Source: Nitrospirota bacterium (lineage in GTDB: Bacteria > Nitrospirota > UBA9217). Taken from it: 64,000 bases of DNA. The stretch lies in assembly GCA_963749655.1 (NCBI GenBank), contig CAVVOB010000013.1, positions 64,001 through 128,000 on the forward strand, in the 5' to 3' direction. Under the pieces are notes generated by a model. That model saw only the letters and a list, made by a program, of their open reading frames with translations, did not search any database and was not told the origin of the DNA. The position numbers were made by a program, and so were the translations under genes. Shown one piece after another: positions 28,655 through 37,722 of this stretch. How positions within the stretch are numbered: the stretch's first letter is position 1; every line of letters starts with the position of its first letter.

Positions 28655-29819
28655 GAAAGCATTTGAAGGGGGGAAGAAGTACTGGACATGGCTGTTCTTT
28701 CTCGGGGCCGTGGCTGCTGTCGGGTTTTACTTCTACCTCCAGCAATTCGCCTACGGGTTGGGTATCACCGGCCTGCACCGAGATGTCTCGTGGGGTTTGT
28801 ATATCGGCCAGTTTACATTCCTGGTCGGTGTGGCCGCATCGGCGGTTATGCTGGTCATCCCGTACTATCTCCACGATTTCAAGAAGTTCGGCAAGATCGT
28901 GATCCTCGGAGAGTTTCTCGCGATCTCTGCAGTGACCATGTGCATTCTGTTCATCATGGCCGACATGGGGCAGCCGATGAGGGTCATGAACGTGGTCCTT
29001 CATCCCACGCCGAATTCGGTCATGTTCTGGGATTTCGTCGTGTTGTCCGGTTACCTGGCGATCAATGCACTGGTCGGCTGGGTGACGCTGGGATCGGATA
29101 AGAAGGGCACGCCGCCTCCGAAGTGGATCAAGCCGTTTATCTATCTTTCCATCCCCTGGGCTGTCAGCATCCACACAGTCACGGCGTTCCTGTATTCGGG
29201 TCTCCCCGGCAGGCACTTCTGGCTCAGCGCGGTCATGGCCGCCCGGTTCCTGGCATCGGCTTTTGCCGGCGGTCCTGCCCTCCTGATCATCCTTGCATTG
29301 ATCGTCCGGAAGGTGTCGAAGTTCGATCCGGGCAAGGAGCCCATACAGGCCGTGGGAAGGATCGTGGCATATGCAATGTTCGCCAATGTCTTCCTTCTCG
29401 GGCTGGAGTTCTTTACGGCGTTCTACAGCGGCATTCCGGGACATTCTCACCCCTTTATGTATCTCTACAAGGGGCTTGAAGGCCATACCGAGCTTGTTCC
29501 GATCATGTGGCTGTCCACGATCTTTGCCGCCATATCCTTGGTCATGCTCTGGATCCCGGGAGTGCGCAGGAATGAAGCGTCCCTGGCGCTGGCGTGCATC
29601 ATGCTCTTTGTTTCTCTCTGGATCGATAAAGGATTCGGCCTGATCATCGGCGGTTTCGTACCGAATCCGTTTGAGGAGATTCACCCTTACTGGCCGACGA
29701 TGCCCGAGGCCCTGATTACCGTCGGGATCTGGGCGATCGGATTCCTGATCCTCTCCATGCTGTATAAAATCGCGATTTCAGTCCGCGAAAGCACGGCCGG
29801 AGTAGAGATCGAGCATTAA
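28647..29819 (+). CDS. dsrP: DsrP, NrfD/PsrC-family membrane protein
   Basis: About 10 TM; DVSWGLYI, ADMGQP, AVSIHTVTAF, FLASAF..GP. Confidence 0.95.
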   Translation: MLEKAFEGGKKYWTWLFFLGAVAAVGFYFYLQQFAYGLGITGLHRDVSWGLYIGQFTFLVGVAASAVMLVIPYYLHDFKKFGKIVILGEFLAISAVTMCILFIMADMGQPMRVMNVVLHPTPNSVMFWDFVVLSGYLAINALVGWVTLGSDKKGTPPPKWIKPFIYLSIPWAVSIHTVTAFLYSGLPGRHFWLSAVMAARFLASAFAGGPALLIILALIVRKVSKFDPGKEPIQAVGRIVAYAMFANVFLLGLEFFTAFYSGIPGHSHPFMYLYKGLEGHTELVPIMWLSTIFAAISLVMLWIPGVRRNEASLALACIMLFVSLWIDKGFGLIIGGFVPNPFEEIHPYWPTMPEALITVGIWAIGFLILSMLYKIAISVRESTAGVEIEH

Positions 29820-29846
29820 TAGAATCAACGAGTTGTAACCTACGAC

Positions 29847-29890
29847 AAAGCCGGGGCTCACCAGCATGGTGAACCCCGGCTTTCATTTCT
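29847..29890 (+). terminator. Terminator after dsrP
   Basis: aaagccgggg.tcacca/tggtga.ccccggcttt stem with T-rich tail. Confidence 0.75.
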
Positions 29891-29969
29891 TTCTTGATTT
29901 TATCTGCTTCGACAGGTAATATACACCCGTTTTGGAATATTACTTTATGAGAAGGAGGATTCAGGCGCC

Positions 29970-30155
29970 ATGATGATGGTAACAATCGACAAAGCCAAAT
30001 GCGACGGCGACGGGACGTGCGTGAATATGTGCCCGCAGGCGGTGTTCAAGGTTGAAGGCGGCAAGTCCGAACCGGTGAACATGTCCGAGTGCATTAACTG
30101 CCTGACCTGCGTGGAAAACTGCCCGCAGCAGGCAATTACGGTCAACGAACTTTAA
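29970..30155 (+). CDS. Dicluster ferredoxin, copy 2
   Basis: 49/61 aa identical to 22703-22888; AGGAGG RBS; TTGATT-17-TAATAT upstream (29894-29922). Confidence 0.92.
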   Translation: MMMVTIDKAKCDGDGTCVNMCPQAVFKVEGGKSEPVNMSECINCLTCVENCPQQAITVNEL

Positions 30156-30174
30156 GCGCAGCTACAGCTCATAC

Positions 30175-30213
30175 AAAAGGGGACTGGTGAACAACCAGTC
30201 CCCTTTCTTTTTT
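30175..30213. terminator. Bidirectional terminator between fdx2 and the SPFH gene
   Basis: aaaggggactggt/accagtccccttt stem flanked by A and T runs. Confidence 0.8.
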
Positions 30214-30253
30214 CGGAAAGAAGTCCTGTTCCGGGGCAGGAAAAAAGGTGCTC

Positions 30254-31030
30254 TTATTCCTTTTTCTCCACGAGCTTCTGGAAGGCCGAAAGAAAATCGA
30301 TCGGAAGGGGGAATACGATAGTCGTATTCTTCTCTGTGCCGATCTCGGTAAGCGTCTGGAGGTAGCGGAGCTGAAGGGCTATCGGATTCCTGCTGATGAC
30401 TGCCGCCGCTTCACCCAGTTTAGCAGATGCCTGCAGCTCGCCTTCGGCATGGATGATTTTGGCGCGCCGCTCGCGTTCCGCCTGCGCCTGGATGGCGATG
30501 GCACGCTGCATTTCGGCAGGCAGGTCCACATTCTTTACTTCCACGGTCGTCACCTTGACTCCCCAGGGCTCGGTCTGGAGGTCGATGACCTTTTGGAGCT
30601 CGGCGTTGATCGCCTCGCGGTTCGAAAGCAGGTCGTCGAGCGAGTTCTGACCGAGGATGCTTCTGAGCGTGGTCTGGGCGATAAGCGAGGTCGCGTAGTA
30701 AAAGTCTTCGACCTCGATGATGGCCCTCTGCGGGTCGATGACCCTGAAATATACCACGGCATTGACCTTGACGGTCACGTTGTCCTTGGTGATGACGTCC
30801 TGAGCCGGAACATCCATGGTCACGGTCCGCAGGCTGACGCGCACCATTTTCTGGATTCCCGGCCAGAGAAAGATTATCCCCGGCCCCTTGACGCCATGAT
30901 CGATACTCACCTTGCCGAGCGTGAAGATAACACCCCGCTCATACTGTTTCAGGATCTTTACGATGTTGTACAAGACAATGACTGCAAGAACAGCTATAAA
31001 GAGAAAACTGGTGGCAAAGATCTGCTGCAT
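30254..31030 (-). CDS. SPFH/band-7 (slipin) protein
   Basis: [44 protein letters not shown]. Confidence 0.95.
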   Translation of the reverse strand: MQQIFATSFLFIAVLAVIVLYNIVKILKQYERGVIFTLGKVSIDHGVKGPGIIFLWPGIQKMVRVSLRTVTMDVPAQDVITKDNVTVKVNAVVYFRVIDPQRAIIEVEDFYYATSLIAQTTLRSILGQNSLDDLLSNREAINAELQKVIDLQTEPWGVKVTTVEVKNVDLPAEMQRAIAIQAQAERERRAKIIHAEGELQASAKLGEAAAVISRNPIALQLRYLQTLTEIGTEKNTTIVFPLPIDFLSAFQKLVEKKE

Positions 31031-31043
31031 TGTGGAACCTCCT

Positions 31044-32375
31044 TTAGGCGTCTTTTCTGACTTTTACCTTAAGCCCCTCGATGGCGATGACCGTGACCTT
31101 CTCCCCCTTTTGGATGGGCTCATCGCTCCAGGCAAACCAGTATTCACCTCTCAGAAAGGCCTGTCCTGATCCGTGAATGTCGGTTTTGGCGTCCCCCTGC
31201 ATGCCGATCATGCCTTCCTTCCCCGTATTCGGTTTTTCGCGGTACACACGCACCGCCACGGTCACCGTAATTATGAACAGGATCGCGGACAGCACGACGG
31301 CAGGAACGATGACCGCCCAGGAAATCTGCAGGACCGGCGATGAGGAGTCGATGAGCATGACGGACCCGAGCAGCATGGAAATGGTCCCCCCGATCCCCAG
31401 GATCCCGTGGCTGGTGATGAACGCTTCGGCGATGAACAGGCTGATCCCGATGATGATCAGGATCAGGCCGGCATAGTTGATCGGCAGCGTATGGAGCGCG
31501 TAAAAGGCAAGCACCAGGCAGATGGCGCCCGCCACCCCGGGGAAGATGGCGCCGGGATTGGAAAGCTCGAAATAGAGGCCGTAGAAGCCGAGGATCATCA
31601 GGATGTAGGCGATGTTCGGATTGCTGATGATCTCGAGAAGGCGGTATCGGAAGCCCATGGTGATCTCAGTGACTTCCGCTCCCTCGGTATGGAGCGTCCG
31701 CCTGCCGATCACGAGATCAGCGGTCTTTCCGTTTATTTCCTTAATGAGTGTCGCAACATCGGGAGCGATGAAATCTATGACATGGTTTTTGAGCGCCTCG
31801 GTCTCGGTGATCGATACGCTTTTTCGAACGGCTTCCTCCGCCCACCGCGCGTTCTTCCCGCGCTTGTCGGCAATGCTGCGCGCCATGGCCGCCAGATCGT
31901 TTTCGACCTTCGTCGCCATGGTTTTGTCCATTTTGCCCTCCATGGTTACCGGATGGGCTGCGCCGATGTGCGTCGTCGGCGCCATGACCGCGATGTTCGC
32001 CGCAAGCGTGATGAAAACGCCGGCGGACGCCGCTCGAGCGCCGCTCGGCGCGACATAGACGACGGTCGGCACGTCGGAGGCCATCATCTTCATGACGATC
32101 TGCTGCATGGAGTCAACGAGGCCGCCCGGCGTGTTCAACTCGATAATGATCGCTTCCGCTTGTGCTTTCGAAGCGCTGTCGATGGACTTGATGATATATT
32201 CGGCCACTACGGGGGTGATCGGTGCGTCGATCTTGATGAGGAAAACACGCTTTTTCTCGGCAGCGGATGACGGGGCTTTCGGCTCCGGGCTCTTGCCTTT
32301 CTCAACGGAAAAGGCAAGCCCTGTCATTGCGCCGAGCACAAGCGTGAAAAGGAGAATCAGGATCGTCCACCTCAT
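31044..32375 (-). CDS. nfeD: NfeD long-form membrane serine protease
   Basis: [22 protein letters not shown] region, C-terminal OB fold; paired with slipin. Confidence 0.93.
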   Translation of the reverse strand: MRWTILILLFTLVLGAMTGLAFSVEKGKSPEPKAPSSAAEKKRVFLIKIDAPITPVVAEYIIKSIDSASKAQAEAIIIELNTPGGLVDSMQQIVMKMMASDVPTVVYVAPSGARAASAGVFITLAANIAVMAPTTHIGAAHPVTMEGKMDKTMATKVENDLAAMARSIADKRGKNARWAEEAVRKSVSITETEALKNHVIDFIAPDVATLIKEINGKTADLVIGRRTLHTEGAEVTEITMGFRYRLLEIISNPNIAYILMILGFYGLYFELSNPGAIFPGVAGAICLVLAFYALHTLPINYAGLILIIIGISLFIAEAFITSHGILGIGGTISMLLGSVMLIDSSSPVLQISWAVIVPAVVLSAILFIITVTVAVRVYREKPNTGKEGMIGMQGDAKTDIHGSGQAFLRGEYWFAWSDEPIQKGEKVTVIAIEGLKVKVRKDA

Positions 32376-32411
32376 GTTTCTGCTGCGGGATTGATTCATC
32401 ATGATACAAAA

Positions 32412-32476
32412 AGTATATCCGCAATGCCGGGCACTGTCAAGAAGTGCTTGACTCTGAACGGCTTTTTCTGTAGCAT
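32412..32476. promoter_or_regulatory. Back-to-back sigma70 promoters for nfeD (minus) and rsmD (plus)
   Basis: Minus: TTGACA(32440-32435)-17-TATACT; plus: TTGACT(32448)-17-TAGCAT. Confidence 0.65.
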
Positions 32477-32494
32477 CCATCCATTGATGACACC

Positions 32495-33046
32495 ATGCGA
32501 GTGAGCGGAGGCATAGGCAGGGGGCGCAAGCTCAAGGTCCCGCAGGGATCGCACGTCAGACCCACGTCCGAGAAAGTCAAACAAGCCCTCTTCAATATTC
32601 TCGGCGACCGGATAAGCGGCGCCTCTGTTCTCGATCTTTTTGCGGGCGCCGGGAGCATCGGCATCGAGGCGATCAGCCGGGGCGCCGGCAGGGTGGCATT
32701 TGTCGATTCGTCGCGGGAGTCCCTGTCGGTCATAAAGGAAAATATCGAACGGACCGGCTTCAGCGACCGGGCGCAGATCGTGTTTGCCAGGGCCGAGTCC
32801 TTTCTCAGGAAGCCGGCTGCGACATTTGATATTATTTTTCTTGATCCGCCCTATGCCGAGGAGCTGCTGCCGCTGCTTGAACTGGTTTCTGGATCGCCTG
32901 TGGTGAATCCCGGGAGTGTTGTCATCGCCGAGCATTTCAAAAAACAGCCTTCCCCTGAACGGGCAGGCAGGCTTGCCCTTTACCGCGAGGCCCGGTACGG
33001 CGACACGATACTGGCGTTTTATAAACTAGAAGACAGGAGTCAGTAG
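32495..33046 (+). CDS. rsmD: 16S rRNA m2G966 methyltransferase
   Basis: RPTSEKVKQALFNIL, LDLFAGAG.IGIEA.SRGA, FLDPPY; precedes coaD. Confidence 0.95.
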   Translation: MRVSGGIGRGRKLKVPQGSHVRPTSEKVKQALFNILGDRISGASVLDLFAGAGSIGIEAISRGAGRVAFVDSSRESLSVIKENIERTGFSDRAQIVFARAESFLRKPAATFDIIFLDPPYAEELLPLLELVSGSPVVNPGSVVIAEHFKKQPSPERAGRLALYREARYGDTILAFYKLEDRSQ

Positions 33047-33117
33047 TCAGAAGCCGGGAGTAGCGATGCAGCAATGCTTCCGCTTTTGTCCTGGATTATG
33101 ACTTCCGTCTTCTGGCT
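33031..33117. repeat. Degenerate inverted heptamer tandem-repeat element
   Basis: agacagg/agtcagt/agtcaga/agccggg ... tcctgga/ttatgac/ttccgtc/ttctggc. Confidence 0.65.
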
Positions 33118-33137
33118 GTTTATCCAAGGAGATTTCC

Positions 33138-33629
33138 ATGAAACACCTCGCTGTCTATCCCGGAACATTTGATCCCGTGACGAACGGTCATATCGACCTC
33201 GTTGAACGCAGCCTGACTATATTCGACGAGGTGATCGTAGCCGTTGCGGCGAATCCGAAAAAGCGGCCGCTGTTTTCCCTGGAAGAGCGCATCGAGATGT
33301 TCCGGAAGGTCATTTCCCGGCACCGGCGCGTGAGGATAGAGGGCTTCGATGGACTTCTCGTCGACTATGTACGGGTGAAAAAGGCGGTCGGGATCATTCG
33401 GGGACTCCGTGCCGTGTCGGATTTTGAATACGAAATGCAGATGGCGCTGATGAATCGGCGGCTCGACAGCAAGATCGAGACCGTATTCCTGATGCCGAGC
33501 GAGGAATATTCCTTCATAACCTCGACGATCGTCAGAGAGGCCGCGAGCTACGGCGGAGACGTGTCCAGCCTGGTGCCGGCCATTATTGTTGACAAGCTCC
33601 GGAAAAAGCTCGAACAGAGGATTCGATAG
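33138..33629 (+). CDS. coaD: Phosphopantetheine adenylyltransferase
   Basis: YPGTFDPVTNGHID, IIRGLRAVSDFEYE. Confidence 0.98.
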   Translation: MKHLAVYPGTFDPVTNGHIDLVERSLTIFDEVIVAVAANPKKRPLFSLEERIEMFRKVISRHRRVRIEGFDGLLVDYVRVKKAVGIIRGLRAVSDFEYEMQMALMNRRLDSKIETVFLMPSEEYSFITSTIVREAASYGGDVSSLVPAIIVDKLRKKLEQRIR

Positions 33630-33699
33630 TATGCTCCTCGGGATCAATGCATGCTCGCGCCGGAGCTGCAGCATGGAATTACAGAAGGGGGGATCGTCG

Positions 33700-34011
33700 A
33701 TGAAAATTGTGAAGCTTTTCCTGTTGGCAGTCGCCTGTATCATGGTTACGGGTTTAGCTGCATCAAGCGCAAGGGCCGAGGAAAAGAAGCTCGAACTCAG
33801 ACAGGGAGATGTCATGGCCGACGTTCTCGGCCGGCTCGTGGGTTCGTCCGTCGAAGTCACCCTTCGGTCCGGAACTTCTCTGAGCGGCAAACTGACGAAG
33901 GTACACCAGCAGCTGGCAGTGGTTTCCGAGCTGTCCCGAAAGGAGTTCTACGACGCCGTCGTCAGGATCGACGAGATCAGCGCCGTCACGGTGAGGATGC
34001 GGGACCGATAA
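33700..34011 (+). CDS. Small secreted hypothetical protein (possible Sm-like fold)
   Basis: Signal peptide ending SARA; VGSSVEVTLRSGTSLSGKL...KEFYDAVVRIDEISAV. Confidence 0.75.
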   Translation: MKIVKLFLLAVACIMVTGLAASSARAEEKKLELRQGDVMADVLGRLVGSSVEVTLRSGTSLSGKLTKVHQQLAVVSELSRKEFYDAVVRIDEISAVTVRMRDR

Positions 34012-34298
34012 CCGTGCTTCGCGCGCACGTGCTGGCGGAAGCGATAACCTGACAGGGAGCGGCTGCGTGCCTGACACTTGAGGGGAAGAATTTGGTTCTA
34101 GAGCTCTGTCGGTCCGCGATCATGGCATCGTTGCGTTTTTCTGCATTAGTCTGAACAACGAAGACGGAATGTGGTATACTATTCCCGCTGATTAACAAAG
34201 ACATGCGTTGCCGCCCGTTGCTCGATGCTGCCGGGGTAATCTTTATGAATGCAGCATGAATGCAGCAGGGCATCTGCCAGGGGGTTGTCGTATAAACC

Positions 34299-34760
34299 AT
34301 GAGCAATAATGACACCGTCATCATCCGTTGCACCAACTGCCTCGTTCTGAACCGCATTCCCGTCGACAAACTCGACAGCAAACCCGCATGCGGCAGCTGC
34401 AAAACCGTTCTTCAGTTTCCCTGTCAACCCCTCTGGGCAAAGTCGGAAAGCTTCGACTTTTCGGTCGCAAACTGGCCGGAAACCCTGCTCATCGTATTTA
34501 CCGCCCCTCTGTGTCTGTACTGCAAGATCATCGATCCCACGCTGGTCGATCTGGCGCGGGAGCGAGCCGGCAGGCTCAAGGTCATCAAGGTCGACATCGA
34601 GGCAGATACGATCCTGGCGGGCCGTTTCAAGATCACCAAGACGCCAACCTTCGTCGTGTACAAGAACGGCACGGAGTTGCTCCGTGTGGATGGAGCGCCG
34701 AAGGAGAAGACCGACCTGGTGAAATGGATCGATAATCTCATTAATTTTACCAGCTATTGA
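34299..34760 (+). CDS. Thioredoxin-2 (TrxC)-like protein with N-terminal Zn ribbon and atypical active site
   Basis: CTNC..NR...CGSC Zn site; FTAPLCLYC in place of WCGPC; cis-Pro in KTPTF. Confidence 0.8.
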   Translation: MSNNDTVIIRCTNCLVLNRIPVDKLDSKPACGSCKTVLQFPCQPLWAKSESFDFSVANWPETLLIVFTAPLCLYCKIIDPTLVDLARERAGRLKVIKVDIEADTILAGRFKITKTPTFVVYKNGTELLRVDGAPKEKTDLVKWIDNLINFTSY

Positions 34761-35030
34761 TCAGTGCCGGAAAGCCCCGTCCGACATGCAATCCCGCGCC
34801 TTGGCATTCCCCGGCTCCCGCCGGGGATGGAAAGCGTTCATCACCCGTGACATCCTCGTGTCACGCTTACGCGAGTTCGTGGTGCCGGAGGTCGCGTTAT
34901 CGAGTCCCGACCAGTCGGGATGCCGGAGGGGGCTCCACTCCCGGTCACGATCCCTTGACGCAATGATGTTGACTCAATAATCCCCCGTCGTGCAGCGGCT
35001 TTTTTCGCGTTGTGCGCCAAAGGCAGGCAT

Positions 35031-36512
35031 ATGAATAACCATGAGCTTAATAGTCACCGGTCTCTGCTGCAGTGGATCGCCCGGCGGGAAATGCTTTCCC
35101 GGGGTTTGCTGCCGGACTTTTCTCCCAGGGCGTTGGAGGAGCTCAACGCGATCCAGGGGCTGGCCGTAAAAGCCGAAGGCACTGTGCGGGACCAGCGGCA
35201 CCTCACCTGGTGTTCCATCGACAACGATGATTCTCGGGATCTCGACCAGCTCACCGTGGCGGAGGCTCTCGACAACGGGGCTGTCAGGGTTTTTGTCGCG
35301 GTCGCCGATGTGGATGCGCTGGTCAAGAAGGATTCCGCTATCGATGATCATGCCAGACAGAACACGACCTCGGTCTACACTGAAGCAAGAATTTTTCCGA
35401 TGCTGCCGGAAAAACTTTCAACGGACCTTACCTCCCTCAACTACGCTGCGGACCGGCACGCGATCGTCATTGAGATGGAGATCGGCCCGGAGGGCAGCCT
35501 CCGGCGGTCGGACATCTACAGCGCTCTTGTACGGAACCGCGCTAAACTCGCGTATATCAGTGTTGCCGAGTGGCTGGAGGGGAGGGCGCCGGCGCCCGAC
35601 GCAGTCCGCGAAACAGACGGCCTTGCCGAGAACCTGCTGCTCCAGGACCGGGCCGCCCAGGCAATGAAGGCTTTCCGGCATGAGCACGGCGCGCTCACCC
35701 TTGAGACCGTGGAAGCGCGAATCGTATTTGACGCGGACGAGCTCAAGGATGTGGATGCCGACCGGGGGAACAGGGCTCAGGACATCATCGAGAACTTCAT
35801 GATCGGCGCAAACGGCGTCACGTCGCGGTATCTCGCGGCCGGCAATCTGCCGTCACTGCGACGCGTGGTCAAAACGCCGAAACGATGGGACAGGATCGTT
35901 GAGCTCGCCGCGGAAAAGCGCTTCACCCTTCCGGGGGAGCCCAGCTCGAAGGCATTGGAGAATTTCCTTGTACGTCAGAAAGCGGCCGACCCGACCGGAT
36001 TCCCCGATCTCTCTCTTTCCGTAATCAAGCTCATGGGGCCCGGCGAGTATGCAGTCCAGCTGCCGGACAGTCCGGTCCAGGGGCATTTCGGTCTTGCCGT
36101 CCGCGACTACGCCCATTCCACTGCTCCGAACCGCCGATATCCCGATGTCATTACGCAGCGTCTGTTGAAAGCTGCGTTGAGCGGAAGAGATCTGCCCTAC
36201 GGACATGACGAGTTGGAAATTCTGGCAAAGCACTGCACTGAAAAGGAGAACGCGGCCAAGAAGGTTGAGCGGCAGGTAAGAAAGTCCGCTGCGGCGATGC
36301 TGCTGGAACACCGGATCGGAGAACGATTCGATGCTGTTGTGACCGGAGCCGCAGACAAGGGCACCTGGGTCCGTCTTCTGCATCCCCCGATCGAAGGCAG
36401 GCTGGTGAATGGTTTTGAAAATGCGGACGTAGGCGACCGGTTGCGCGTCCAGCTGGTGCATACGGATGTGGATCGCGGGCACGTCGATTTCAAGAGAATC
36501 GGGGGTGCGTAA
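35031..36512 (+). CDS. RNB-domain exoribonuclease (RNase II/R family)
   Basis: SIDNDDSRDLDQ, IENFMIGAN, HFGLA..YAHSTAPNRRYPD. Confidence 0.93.
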   Translation: MNNHELNSHRSLLQWIARREMLSRGLLPDFSPRALEELNAIQGLAVKAEGTVRDQRHLTWCSIDNDDSRDLDQLTVAEALDNGAVRVFVAVADVDALVKKDSAIDDHARQNTTSVYTEARIFPMLPEKLSTDLTSLNYAADRHAIVIEMEIGPEGSLRRSDIYSALVRNRAKLAYISVAEWLEGRAPAPDAVRETDGLAENLLLQDRAAQAMKAFRHEHGALTLETVEARIVFDADELKDVDADRGNRAQDIIENFMIGANGVTSRYLAAGNLPSLRRVVKTPKRWDRIVELAAEKRFTLPGEPSSKALENFLVRQKAADPTGFPDLSLSVIKLMGPGEYAVQLPDSPVQGHFGLAVRDYAHSTAPNRRYPDVITQRLLKAALSGRDLPYGHDELEILAKHCTEKENAAKKVERQVRKSAAAMLLEHRIGERFDAVVTGAADKGTWVRLLHPPIEGRLVNGFENADVGDRLRVQLVHTDVDRGHVDFKRIGGA

Positions 36513-36542
36513 CGACAGACGGCCTGCGTTTTGTGGAACGTG

Positions 36543-37259
36543 TCAAGCAGCCGCTTCTTCACCCGGAGGCCTTCTCCCCTGCTTGCGGTCCTTATCAACA
36601 AAAGCCGCAATCGCCGCCTCGGCATCCGGCGCAATCGAAAGGAATCGGATGCCGTACGACCGGGCGTCCGACCCCGTTTCCGGCCCGTCGACGGTCCGAA
36701 CGACTTCTCCGGCCGCACTGATGCGTTTGCCGTCGGGAAGGAAGAACGAGCAGGCGAGATGATCGCCCTGGTCAAGCCGTTCTGCGCTGCGGATGAGGAT
36801 TCCCTTCCTGCTGACATTCCGGGAACTCCCGATGAACGGACGATTGTTACGCTTGCCGTCTACGGCTACATTCAGAACGATGCGGTAGTGTCTTCGGGGA
36901 GCCACGTTCAGGAGCTCGTGGACCGTGGCCGAGAGCGTTGCGCGTTCAGTCGGCCATGCCACCACCGCATTCGCGCCGCACCGGCTGTAACGTTCCCGAT
37001 TTGCTTCGTTTCCACAAAGCAGCATGACGGAAACAGCTCGCATGTTCTCGCCCCGCCTGATGGTGTGGATGAGAGTTTCGCACGACAGGCCGGGCAGGTC
37101 GTCGCGTGTCACGATAAGATTTGCGTTCTCCGTGATGTGGAGTTTCAGGATCTCATCGCCCGTGGCGGCGGGGAGAACAGAGGTGTCGGTGCGCTGGAGC
37201 ACGTCAATGGAGCTCAGCAGCAAGGGCTTTATATCGTGCGCGACAATCACTTTCTTCAT
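36543..37259 (-). CDS. Receiver-like + PilZ domain protein
   Basis: REC-like N-terminus (LIVTRDDLPG); PilZ RRHYR and NVSRKG. Confidence 0.85.
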   Translation of the reverse strand: MKKVIVAHDIKPLLLSSIDVLQRTDTSVLPAATGDEILKLHITENANLIVTRDDLPGLSCETLIHTIRRGENMRAVSVMLLCGNEANRERYSRCGANAVVAWPTERATLSATVHELLNVAPRRHYRIVLNVAVDGKRNNRPFIGSSRNVSRKGILIRSAERLDQGDHLACSFFLPDGKRISAAGEVVRTVDGPETGSDARSYGIRFLSIAPDAEAAIAAFVDKDRKQGRRPPGEEAAA

Positions 37260-37722
37260 CTGGTTTCCTCCCTACAGGCTGCGGCACGTTGTCCAAAATC
37301 CGGCTCACGGCCGGATTCCTTTCCGAAGTCAGCGTGCCGCACAGCCGGGCCGTGAATTTCCCCCGTCTCCTTCCTAAGCAGTATAGCATAAAACAGGTTT
37401 ACTCGATGACGCTCCTGAACTCCCGTTGGCGCGCTGCAGAAACGGTCGTGTCGTTCAAAGAACGTCTCAATGTGAGAATGTGAAACGGAAATAGCGGGCA
37501 GTGCTTATCACGATAGGGGGCGCAAAATGGGGGGGGGCAAACTGCAACGTGAAGGATCCTGCAGGGCCTCCATTTCACGCAAAGGTAAAAGAGCGCAAAG
37601 GGAAATCGGTTGGGGGCTCAGATAAAGCCGATGATGCAGAAGGCAAAGGCCGGGAACACGGTTTATCCGTTTCTTCCGCGTAAAATCGGTGTCCTCAGAA
37701 AATTTGCAGCTCCCTTGACCCG

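Noticed and set aside
37260-37722. Small ORFs or ncRNA around the G9 tract
   Set aside because: No recognisable motif, RBS or consistent structure; cannot be supported from sequence alone.
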